A stretch of DNA of 64,000 bases, taken from IMG/VR virus record IMGVR_UViG_3300029610_000240; one strand, given 5' to 3'. Both the position numbers and the translations under genes were made by a program. Positions 29,016 through 37,201 of the stretch are shown here, in pieces. Origin of the DNA: a virus (lineage: Duplodnaviria; Heunggongvirae; Uroviricota; Caudoviricetes). Each line of letters begins with the position of its first letter. The first letter of the stretch is position 1. The notes beneath the pieces are model-generated. The model was not told the DNA's origin, searched no databases, and saw nothing but the letters and a program-made list of their open reading frames with translations.

Positions 29016-29215
29016 TCCGGTGTAAAGTGAGCCACTTCATTTACAATTGTTTTTTCTACAGCTAGGGTATGAGATTGAACACATCTTATAAAGCCTGCTA
29101 TCGCACCGCTGTGGCGGCAAGGGCTTGACAAGATATGTCCACTCTCATAAATAGCACCTAAGCAAAATCAAAGTGGATTAATGTTAGCCGGAATACCGGC
29201 TCACTCAACACCGGA
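29016..29215 (+). other. about 200-bp GC-richer element with nested inverted repeats (structured RNA or MITE-like)
   Basis: TCCGGTGTAAAGTGAGCC (29016..29033) versus GGCTCACTCAACACCGGA (29198..29215) pairs at 16 of 18. CCACTT pairs AAGTGG. Inner arms 29068..29096 and 29121..29149 pair at about 24 of 29. Confidence 0.45.
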
Positions 29216-29698
29216 ATGATGGCTCTCGCGAGGCAGAATCTCCATTTAACAAAAGAACAGATTTATGATTTAGATGAATTCGTTAATCAAATGAGAAACT
29301 TAAATGCTTTAACTCAAAGTCTGGCAAACAGAAAATTGAATGACACATTAAAAGAAACGGCAGAATATGAGAACATAGAATATAAAGAAATGACATTAAC
29401 AGATGAAAAATGGAAGCAGATTGTTGATTTACTTGTACAGCATAAGATTGGAAAATGTATGTTGCATATAGCTGTTAATGACTGTGGCGATACATGTTGG
29501 ATTGATCGCAAACAATATGAGAAAGTAAAATCTGGAAAAGCTTCCGAAGACGAAAAAGAAGAATTGTATGATCAAATTTGGGGTAATACCTGTGGATATT
29601 GTGAAATATCTACAAATTGTCAAGATTTAGAATATTGTAATTTTATGAAACAAATTAAGATTTGTGGTTTTTCCTTCATAAAAAATGATGTCAATTAG
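29216..29698 (+). CDS. hypothetical Cys-rich protein (start uncertain)
   Basis: 160-aa ORF. The first codons overlap the right arm of the structured element. Confidence 0.4.
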   Translation: MMALARQNLHLTKEQIYDLDEFVNQMRNLNALTQSLANRKLNDTLKETAEYENIEYKEMTLTDEKWKQIVDLLVQHKIGKCMLHIAVNDCGDTCWIDRKQYEKVKSGKASEDEKEELYDQIWGNTCGYCEISTNCQDLEYCNFMKQIKICGFSFIKNDVN

Positions 29699-29752
29699 CT
29701 CGTATTAAGCATGAATCATAGAGATTGAATTAGAAAGAAGGATTTCTTATTT

Positions 29753-30253
29753 ATGACGAACAAACAACAGTATGTGGAACGAAAGAAATATAAAAAAGAG
29801 CAGATTTATGATGCAATCGCAAAAAGAATTAGAGAAATTTGCGATCTTACTGATTCAGTAACTTCTGCAGAGTGTCTTAAAAATACACTGCTTAGAATGG
29901 GTTATGAAATAATCTGTACGAATGATATAAGCAGATACAATGATCGCTATGAATTAATACCAAAGTTTGATAAAACTTATCAAATTAAGGTTCCATTTGT
30001 ATCGAGAGAAAAAGAAAATATGCTGCTTGCACGAGCTTTGTGTGAAATACAAACAGGTATACATAATGATATGGAATGTAAGATTATAGCAAGAAGATTA
30101 TTGATGCCAAAACAAGAGTTTTTAGATCAAATCAAAAAAAATGAAGATGTTTCTGGACGAGTTAATCTTACCAATATTGCCAGACATTTTTGTGTAGATG
30201 AATCAGTTGTATCGTCATTGGGTGTGGACCTTAATCTTTTAAGTATTTTTTGA
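29753..30253 (+). CDS. hypothetical protein, weakly ImmA-like
   Basis: LLARALCEIQTGIH..RRLLMPKQEF resembles a decayed ImmA/IrrE core. Confidence 0.4.
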   Translation: MTNKQQYVERKKYKKEQIYDAIAKRIREICDLTDSVTSAECLKNTLLRMGYEIICTNDISRYNDRYELIPKFDKTYQIKVPFVSREKENMLLARALCEIQTGIHNDMECKIIARRLLMPKQEFLDQIKKNEDVSGRVNLTNIARHFCVDESVVSSLGVDLNLLSIF

Positions 30254-30297
30254 TCAATAACAAAAGGACTTCAACCAAATAGTCAAAGTCCCTTTGC

Positions 30298-30498
30298 TTA
30301 ATCCGGAATGATCTCTATAACATCCTCTATTTTACAATTGAGATAGAGACAGATTTTGTCAATTGTCTCTAAAGAAATGTATTCTCCCTTAGACATTTTT
30401 GCGAGTGCATTTGTCCCAAATCCAATGTTTTTTCTAAGTTCGGTTTTTGTCATTCCTTTTTTAGTTAACGTTGTAAATAATGGTGTATAACTTACCAT
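30298..30498 (-). CDS. XRE-family helix-turn-helix regulator
   Basis: 66 aa. MTKTELRKNIGFGTNALAKMSKGEYISLETIDKICLYLNCKIEDVI is the classic short Cro/CI-type HTH. Confidence 0.85.
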   Translation of the reverse strand: MVSYTPLFTTLTKKGMTKTELRKNIGFGTNALAKMSKGEYISLETIDKICLYLNCKIEDVIEIIPD

Positions 30499-30499
30499 A

Positions 30500-30674
30500 A
30501 TGCAACCTCCTATGTTTGTATTATAGCATATTTTATTTCAAAATCAAAATAAAATATCTCGAAAAGCAAATATTTCTATTGACTTAATATCTCGAAAGTG
30601 ATACATTATATTTAGAAAAGCAAATAATTTATCTCGAAACAGAGATATATATTTATGAGTAAGGAGAATGTAAA
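30500..30674. promoter_or_regulatory. divergent promoter and operator region
   Basis: Three ATCTCGAAA boxes (30556, 30589, 30631), the last inside the palindrome TATCTC-N6-GAGATA. GAAAAGCAAATA occurs twice. Plus-strand TTGACT-17-TACATT; minus-strand TTGATT-16-TATAAT with TGc extension. Confidence 0.6.
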
Positions 30675-31259
30675 ATGAGCGAAATTGAAGTAAAAATTAG
30701 AGACGATAAAGCAATGTTATATACACCATATAATCCAGAGTTTGTTAAAAGGATTAAAAAATTTTCAGATGCGAGATGGAATTCGGGCGAAAAATGTTGG
30801 ACGATTGATGAATCAAATCTGGATGCTGCCAGAGTGATTATGAAAGAAATCTACGGATATGCAGATAATGAAATTAATGAAAAGGTCACACTCAAAATTC
30901 ATGTAAAGGAATCTGTAAGTAAAAAACATGGTGACGTAATCCTCTTTGGAAAAATCTTAAGTCATGCAACAGGTCGAGACAGTGGAGCACATCCCGGCAG
31001 TGACGTAGCCTATATTCATGGATCAGCTTACAGCGGTGGAAGTGCTAAGAACTGGGAGAGTGTAGTTAGTGAAGATAGTGAGATCTTATTACATAATGTC
31101 AATAAAAATCTTTATGAGGAATATCTTGAGAATCCGCAGGAAGAGTATGAGATAGAAGTTGTAACAGACAGTATTGACTCTGCTGCCTTGAAGCAAGAAA
31201 AGGAACGTTTATTAAAAAGAATCAAAGAAATTGATCATGTATTGAATTGTGAGGGATAA
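30675..31259 (+). CDS. hypothetical protein
   Basis: 194-aa ORF with RBS AAGGAGAA. Confidence 0.55.
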   Translation: MSEIEVKIRDDKAMLYTPYNPEFVKRIKKFSDARWNSGEKCWTIDESNLDAARVIMKEIYGYADNEINEKVTLKIHVKESVSKKHGDVILFGKILSHATGRDSGAHPGSDVAYIHGSAYSGGSAKNWESVVSEDSEILLHNVNKNLYEEYLENPQEEYEIEVVTDSIDSAALKQEKERLLKRIKEIDHVLNCEG

Positions 31260-31261
31260 AA

Positions 31262-31765
31262 ATGAGAAAGACATTTGTAGTATTTATAGCATTTATAATG
31301 CTGTACGTTGTAGTAGATCAATATGATACTTGGATGAGCTATAACGAAATAAAACAATATTATACGGATAATTATACTTTTATCTATAAGCAGAAAACTC
31401 TTTCAAAAAGTCTTACAAAGCAGTTTTTGCAACAATTAAAAGGACAGTCACATATCCATGGATCTAAAGATAAAGATATGGTTTTGCATCAATTTAATGA
31501 TTCTGAATCCGATGATTTTGGACAAATTATAATTCAAATTGATAAAAAAACGAAAACCATTTATGCATTTAGAGTGAAATCAGGATCTAAAGAATATATA
31601 GGTACACAGATTGCTTATCAGCGTGGATATAAGATATTTCATAACGATAAAGAACTTTCTTCAAAGAAAGACGTAAATAAAGTTTTAGATAAAATGGAAG
31701 ATGCTGATAACTATATGATTGAAGCGAATGACAAAAATAAAACACTAAATATCATAGATCCATAG
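31262..31765 (+). CDS. hypothetical membrane-anchored protein
   Basis: N-terminal hydrophobic helix, coupled to the upstream stop. Confidence 0.5.
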   Translation: MRKTFVVFIAFIMLYVVVDQYDTWMSYNEIKQYYTDNYTFIYKQKTLSKSLTKQFLQQLKGQSHIHGSKDKDMVLHQFNDSESDDFGQIIIQIDKKTKTIYAFRVKSGSKEYIGTQIAYQRGYKIFHNDKELSSKKDVNKVLDKMEDADNYMIEANDKNKTLNIIDP

Positions 31766-31786
31766 AGAAATCATGGAAAGTAGTAT

Positions 31787-32218
31787 TTGGTGTATGACAT
31801 TTATGGTAGAAATGGAGAAAAGATTATGTTGTTAGATGAATTAAAGATTGAGCAGGATGATTTAAAAGTTGGAGATGTTGTATATACATCACATCATCCT
31901 AATATTGGAGTATGGGTAAGTTTCCGGTATTCAAAAATGCGAAAAGAAGTGATTCAACGGATCACTCCGAAACGAACAAAAATTGTAACGGACTATGGAG
32001 AATATACGAATCGTGATCATTTTTATAAAATGACTGATGAATTGAAGAAACAGTCGGAAATTGCAGAGGCAGCAGAAAACATCTGTGATGATCTTGCTAA
32101 AATTGATCAATTTATTAAGAAACACAGTTATAAAGGGATTCGTGATGAAGATATGCTAAATATCAAAGATCATATGAATGCTGTTCGTAAAATATTAGAC
32201 TCATATGAGCAAGAATAA
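31787..32218 (+). CDS. hypothetical protein (start may be 31826)
   Basis: ORF with an internal ATG behind GGAGAAAAG. Confidence 0.45.
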   Translation: MVYDIYGRNGEKIMLLDELKIEQDDLKVGDVVYTSHHPNIGVWVSFRYSKMRKEVIQRITPKRTKIVTDYGEYTNRDHFYKMTDELKKQSEIAEAAENICDDLAKIDQFIKKHSYKGIRDEDMLNIKDHMNAVRKILDSYEQE

Positions 32219-32224
32219 CAGAAG

Positions 32225-32710
32225 ATGAAGCATATGATTATAAACACATTGATCATTATATTTTGGTTACTTGTAATTATTTACATACTTATAGAAAGTT
32301 ATATCTACGGCCCATTAACAGTACTATGTGGATGTGTTTTGGCAAGCATAATAGTAATTGCCGGCATAAAAATAGTAACGGGAATAGCCCCTAAAGGATG
32401 GATTAAAACATATACAACCGTAGCGACTGTATCAAAAAAATATACAAAAGATGATAAATATGGATAAGGTACCACAATAAGAGGGAAATATGAAATAACA
32501 GGTGTTCTACTATGTAGAAAATATTATATTGTTTTAAATGAGAATGGGAAAGATCATACATTTGAGATTCCTAAAAGCCAATACAATTCAATAAAGCTGA
32601 ACAGTCGTGTATTGTGTAAGATAAATTATAAAGAAAATAAAATTACAAAAATTAAAATGATCGATAAATCAAGAATTTTATATAATCCTTTCGTTCAAAA
32701 ACTTAGATAA
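32225..32710 (+). pseudogene. membrane protein gene with an in-frame TAA at 32465 (paralogue of 32905..33267)
   Basis: The frame continues 81 codons past the TAA with no restart codon. The combined product mirrors the paralogue: TM helices, DDKY, then a small beta-rich domain (KLNSRVLCKINY versus KIGDKVLCNVY). Confidence 0.45.
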
Positions 32711-32730
32711 CGTAACTATAAAGAGATTCA

Positions 32731-32802
32731 TGATGATGACTTAATTGATGATTTAAGACAAAGTTTTAAAAATATGTAACAGATATATGTAAAAACAAAT
32801 GG
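32731..32802 (+). CRISPR. guide module A: one spacer-like segment plus one repeat
   Basis: Repeat GTTTTAAAAATATGTAACAGATATATGTAAAAACAAATGG (32763..32802), preceded by TGATGATGACTTAATTGATGATTTAAGACAAA. Confidence 0.6.
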
Positions 32803-32804
32803 CA

Positions 32805-32872
32805 GTTACATAATGCGTAAGAATAAGAATGTATCGAATAAGTCTATATAAGTAGAATCTACCAGGTGGTAG
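32805..32872 (+). ncRNA. tracrRNA-like scaffold A
   Basis: Anti-repeat GTTACATAATGCGTAAGAAT pairs with ATATGTAAC of the repeat. Nexus AAGAATGTATCGAAT. Hairpins TCTA/TAGA and CTACC-AGG-TGGTAG (32859..32872). Confidence 0.65.
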
Positions 32873-32904
32873 AAAATATTAAAACTAACAGGAGATAATA
32901 TTTC

Positions 32905-33267
32905 ATGGACACAGAAGATTTAATTGAAAAAAAGGTAAATATCATGATTTTACTATGTATCATGATGATAATGTTGGCTATGCTTCCCCGTATGGTTAAC
33001 CAGGTAATAAAAATTTGTAACTATAAACAAACAGCTTCTCTAAATGTGGATGATAAATATTACCAAAATTCTCGCTGGGGAAACAGCTATAAAATTGTTA
33101 TTAATTGTCATGATGAAGAAAAAGAAATTGCAGTTTCAGAAAAAGAATTTCACGCAATTAAAATCGGAGATAAAGTATTGTGTAATGTATATCGTTCAGC
33201 AAATCAAGTTGTAACTGTAGAATTAAATGAACATTGGAAAGACGCAGGTGACAAGTATGATAACTAA
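32905..33267 (+). CDS. small membrane-anchored protein
   Basis: RBS AGGAGA and one TM helix. Paralogue of 32225..32710. Confidence 0.55.
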   Translation: MDTEDLIEKKVNIMILLCIMMIMLAMLPRMVNQVIKICNYKQTASLNVDDKYYQNSRWGNSYKIVINCHDEEKEIAVSEKEFHAIKIGDKVLCNVYRSANQVVTVELNEHWKDAGDKYDN

Positions 33268-33730
33268 TTCAAAAAAATGGAACGATCCTGATTATTATGA
33301 AGAAAATTTCGTAAATATCATTTACGACAAACTTACAGAAGGAATGGGTTTGTCAAAAGATGAAAGAAAAAGCCTTTTGGATTTGCTTCTTAATCAAAGA
33401 CACGATCCGATGTATTATGACATTATTTGCCAAGAGTTTAAAAATCATTTATTTAAAGAGGAAGTAAGAACTATTTTTAGACTGAATGGTAAGTATTTTG
33501 AGATTCGTTGGATTCGCAAAAATGAATCTTTTGATGAACCAGATGAATTCCCTAATGATCCAATAGAGGTAGTAAAAACAACAAGGGTTGTAAAGGAATG
33601 GGTTGCAAAATCTGATCAGTATAATTTTGATCCCGTTCTTTTAAAGGAGCAAAAAGCAAAATTGCAAAAATATCTAAAAAAAATTGATTGTATTTTGGAT
33701 ATATTAGAAATGGAAAAAATGGATTACTAA
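33257..33730 (+). CDS. hypothetical protein, paralogue of 33806..34147
   Basis: WNDPDYYEENFVNIIYDKLTEGMGLSKDE..KYFEIRW versus WDDRDYYDEHFYDIMYDKITEGMKLTVDE..KYFEIRW. Confidence 0.55.
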   Translation: MITNSKKWNDPDYYEENFVNIIYDKLTEGMGLSKDERKSLLDLLLNQRHDPMYYDIICQEFKNHLFKEEVRTIFRLNGKYFEIRWIRKNESFDEPDEFPNDPIEVVKTTRVVKEWVAKSDQYNFDPVLLKEQKAKLQKYLKKIDCILDILEMEKMDY

Positions 33731-33805
33731 AGCAGACTGAAAAAAATTAGTCATTTATTAGTTTGTAATAATACAAAATAAGATAATTGAAAGGAGAAGC
33801 AGCTA

Positions 33806-34147
33806 ATGATAACAGATCAGGGAAGATGGGACGATAGAGATTACTATGATGAACATTTCTATGACATCATGTATGACAAGATTACGGAAGGAATGAAATT
33901 AACAGTAGATGAAATGGACAACCTTGTAAGTGCAGGATTATTTGATAAGGAAATTGTTCCGCATGAAGAATACTTAGAGGTTAATGATAATAATCAGAAG
34001 ATGAGAACCATTGTTAAGCTTCATGACAAATACTTTGAGATCCGTTGGACTCAATGGACACACAAAGATTCGGAATTTCCAAATGATCCAGTGGAAGTAA
34101 GAAAGAAACCTAAAATTATAGATGACTGGATTCCAGTAGAAAAATAA
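33806..34147 (+). CDS. hypothetical protein, paralogue of 33257..33730
   Basis: RBS AAAGGAGAA. Paralogy as described for 33257..33730. Confidence 0.55.
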   Translation: MITDQGRWDDRDYYDEHFYDIMYDKITEGMKLTVDEMDNLVSAGLFDKEIVPHEEYLEVNDNNQKMRTIVKLHDKYFEIRWTQWTHKDSEFPNDPVEVRKKPKIIDDWIPVEK

Positions 34148-34160
34148 GAGGGGGTTATTT

Positions 34161-34328
34161 ATGAATGAATTAACATTGCTTTCTATTGCAGTGACATTAT
34201 TTGTTATTATTTTGGTGATTGCAGGAGTTTTTACTTTTTTAAAATCAATCGTGCATAGATTAGATGGCGATATATATACAACAGCTGGTATCGTTGCTTT
34301 ATCCATTATGATGGAGAGGAGTGAATAA
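34161..34328 (+). CDS. 55-aa membrane protein
   Basis: ATG behind GAGGGGG. Product MNELTLLSIAVTLFVIILVIAGVFTFL.. Its stop abuts the next start. Below the ORF-track cut-off. Confidence 0.45.
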   Translation: MNELTLLSIAVTLFVIILVIAGVFTFLKSIVHRLDGDIYTTAGIVALSIMMERSE

Positions 34329-35135
34329 ATGAGTTTAGGAATCTACGATGCATTTATTTTTGATAGATCTTACACTATGGAAGAATTGACAAAAAAGATT
34401 GATATTCTAAGAAAAGATGTAAAAAAAACTATTGATATTCAATTACACAAATATGTACTGGAAAAGTTTTTATATTGCTATTTTTTGAGAGAAAATCTCA
34501 GCACCGATGAAATTTTAGAAATAGCGAAGAAAGAAACAGATTATGATAGGAAAATGTGGTTACAAGATACTGCTCAAGGGCAATGGAAATCATTATATCG
34601 AAACATTGTTCTGTATATTCGTGGTAAAGTCAGAAATCAAACAAGGGATAATTTGTTAGAAAGCTTGGATTATAATTATCGAGCTGTCTTGTTTTTGTTT
34701 GCTGTAGAAGGAAAAATACTTTGCGTTTACAGTGGAAATTCGAGTATTATTCCAATTTTGGAACAGCAAAAGTATCTAAGTGATTTTCAATATTGGAACA
34801 ATACAGATCGACCGAAAGAAATTTCAGAAAAAGACTGGGAAAAAAGATATTATCTTTGGGAAAAGGCAATTGGACCAGAGTATTTTCTACCAGATCATGG
34901 TTTCATGGTGAATCTTTATGATACTTCTATGGAATTATTTCGGTCAAATTTTCCATTTTATAAAGAATCTGTTCCAGATTATGATGATATTTTATACCGC
35001 TTAATGAACACGCTATATCCAGATATTGAAGGTGATCAATGGGAAGATAAATGGAATAAGCTAAAAAGGAATTGCCCAAAGATGGATATGGATGGGATTG
35101 GTCAGATTTTTGATCTTACTGAAAGGAGAAGCTAA
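34329..35135 (+). CDS. hypothetical protein
   Basis: 268-aa ORF with RBS GGAGAGGAG. Confidence 0.55.
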   Translation: MSLGIYDAFIFDRSYTMEELTKKIDILRKDVKKTIDIQLHKYVLEKFLYCYFLRENLSTDEILEIAKKETDYDRKMWLQDTAQGQWKSLYRNIVLYIRGKVRNQTRDNLLESLDYNYRAVLFLFAVEGKILCVYSGNSSIIPILEQQKYLSDFQYWNNTDRPKEISEKDWEKRYYLWEKAIGPEYFLPDHGFMVNLYDTSMELFRSNFPFYKESVPDYDDILYRLMNTLYPDIEGDQWEDKWNKLKRNCPKMDMDGIGQIFDLTERRS

Positions 35136-35137
35136 CC

Positions 35138-36085
35138 ATGAGTATTAAAGATGCGATATACAAAAAAATTATTTTTCATATTATCAATGATAATAGTTTT
35201 TTGTATAAACAAGCCATAAAAGAGTATGTATCACATAAGACTTTATCATTGGTTCAGAAAAGTATTCAGGACAAAAACATGAGTTCTATTATCTTAGATT
35301 ATGATTGGCAGATTTATAATGTTGTGGAAAATAAACAGATCCTTGATCAAACAAATATTCAGATTTTAAATTTTACACAACAATTAAATCCGAAAGCCGA
35401 AAATGAGGAATTTATTGGATATAATCCCTTTGATTATATTCATAGTAATTTAGAAATCAAAGAAGCCATTGATAATATAATTATCCGTAAAGATTCTGTG
35501 AACGATGTATGTGAAAAAATTTTGCTAGAAAAAATATTCCAAAACATGATGCAAGAACCTGTTCCAAAACGTAACTTTACTTTTGTTTTAGATGTTCTAA
35601 ATAATTGGGAAAAACATGGAATGCCTCATTTTGATTGGGGCTTTGGTCGGGAAAAACATGATGTATTTGAGGTACTTGATTTTACTACAGTAAATAATTT
35701 GATCGAAGATATTAAAATATTTTGTGATGATAAAATCGAATTTGTTGACAAGGAAAAACTTGAGATTGGTATGTTAAGAAAAGAAAAAACTACATTATTT
35801 ATAGAAATTCCGTCAGAGAATAATACGTATGATGCAATTATACGCATATTAATTCAACAATTATGGCAGGAATTAGCTTTAAATCAATACGATAATTATG
35901 GAAACGATGAATTCCCACATTTTGTAAGAATGATAACTCCATTATTTGAGGAAACGACAGTTAATATAAGAGATGGGTTGCTGCCAACATATGAACAATT
36001 ATTTCGATGGGCTCATTTCACGAGACGGCCGGAAGATTATAATTTAAATATTTCGGTAGTCTCAATGTATGATAATGCATTTTAG
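35138..36085 (+). CDS. hypothetical protein
   Basis: 315-aa ORF with RBS AAAGGAGAA. Confidence 0.55.
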   Translation: MSIKDAIYKKIIFHIINDNSFLYKQAIKEYVSHKTLSLVQKSIQDKNMSSIILDYDWQIYNVVENKQILDQTNIQILNFTQQLNPKAENEEFIGYNPFDYIHSNLEIKEAIDNIIIRKDSVNDVCEKILLEKIFQNMMQEPVPKRNFTFVLDVLNNWEKHGMPHFDWGFGREKHDVFEVLDFTTVNNLIEDIKIFCDDKIEFVDKEKLEIGMLRKEKTTLFIEIPSENNTYDAIIRILIQQLWQELALNQYDNYGNDEFPHFVRMITPLFEETTVNIRDGLLPTYEQLFRWAHFTRRPEDYNLNISVVSMYDNAF

Positions 36086-36133
36086 TAAACTTGTCTTTAA
36101 AAAGGAAATAATCATAATAGAAATGAACCAACT

Positions 36134-36277
36134 GTTTTGTAATCGTGTAAAAGCACTTAAATATGCTGTAGAAGATGTTTTGTTACTGTGCAACGGAAAT
36201 ATGTCTAAATGATTTAATTTATTACTACTTTTTATTCCTTTGTTTTGTAACCGTGTAACGGAGACATGTCTAAATGG
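36134..36277 (+). CRISPR. guide module B mini-array (3 repeats)
   Basis: Repeats at 36134..36165 (decayed), 36177..36212 and 36242..36277 (GTTTTGTAACCGTGTAACGGAGACATGTCTAAATGG). Spacers are 11 nt and 29 nt (TTTAATTTATTACTACTTTTTATTCCTTT). Confidence 0.7.
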
Positions 36278-36356
36278 TCAAATTATTTTGCACGGTGCGT
36301 AAAAATAAGAAATTATCGAATAGGCTCGTTAAAACGAGAGCTGCCGTGTGGCAGTA
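36278..36356 (+). ncRNA. tracrRNA-like scaffold B
   Basis: TCAAATTATT linker. Anti-repeat TTGCACGGTGCGTAAAAAT pairs with ACCGTGTAA. Nexus AAGAAATTATCGAAT. Hairpins CTCGT-TAAA-ACGAG and CTGCC-GTGT-GGCAG. Confidence 0.75.
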
Positions 36357-36499
36357 AATCTAAGCTACATCAATTTCAAGATTATAATTTGGGAGGAGAA
36401 AATGTTTGGGAAAATTAATGTTTTTTATTTATTGTTGGCTATATATTTGTATTATTTGTTATATTCTTGCAGCCAAGAACAAGAAAGAAGGTGTAGTGT

Positions 36500-37183
36500 A
36501 TGATTAATTTTTCAGTAGTTCATAATTCTTTATTCATTTTGCTTAGTATCATCTTTATATTATCTACAATAAATCCGCTCAAACATCGCTACGAACCAAT
36601 CATAGATATTGAGCCGCAGATCATAAAAATTAAAGATGGAAAATATGTAAAAATTGATTATATCATATACTCTCAGATTATAGATTCAAAATTGTATCGT
36701 AAGAAAAAGAATGAAAATATAATGAAATTAATGAGGATGAAATCATTATATATATTAGAACGTATTATTCGAAATATGCCATACAAAACAATTGTTGATC
36801 AAAGAGAATATATCGAAAATAATCTACAGACACAATTAAATGATAGTTTAAGAAAATATGGAATTGGAGTAGAACGTGTTGCTTTAAAAAATATTTTGGA
36901 AGATTCAGTTCTTGTATCTTGTGTAGATAAAAGCTCGAATGAAACTCATAAATGTACTTCCGAAGAAGTAGGAGATATTCCAAGTTATGTTGATGATCAT
37001 GTACGGACAGATTATATATCTATTTTTCAATATAATGATCAGATAATCAAATCAAGAAATAAAGATATTTATGATCAAGTAGAAGTTGGGAAAAAATACA
37101 ATGCTAGAATTAAGATTCTAATACATAATGATCAAACAGAAAATTATGATGTGGCAGAAATTATATCCGGAATTAAAAAATGA
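36500..37183 (+). CDS. membrane protein with weak SPFH/band-7-like segment
   Basis: N-terminal TM helix. LNDSLRKYGIGVERVALKNI resembles the SPFH core. Confidence 0.4.
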   Translation: MINFSVVHNSLFILLSIIFILSTINPLKHRYEPIIDIEPQIIKIKDGKYVKIDYIIYSQIIDSKLYRKKKNENIMKLMRMKSLYILERIIRNMPYKTIVDQREYIENNLQTQLNDSLRKYGIGVERVALKNILEDSVLVSCVDKSSNETHKCTSEEVGDIPSYVDDHVRTDYISIFQYNDQIIKSRNKDIYDQVEVGKKYNARIKILIHNDQTENYDVAEIISGIKK

Positions 37184-37201
37184 GGAAGGGAGCAAAAGAA
37201 A

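Noticed and set aside
29016-29215. Retron msr/msd interpretation of the nested inverted-repeat element
   Set aside because: No reverse transcriptase is nearby; the next ORF is a 160-aa Cys-rich protein. It is kept only as an unclassified structured element.
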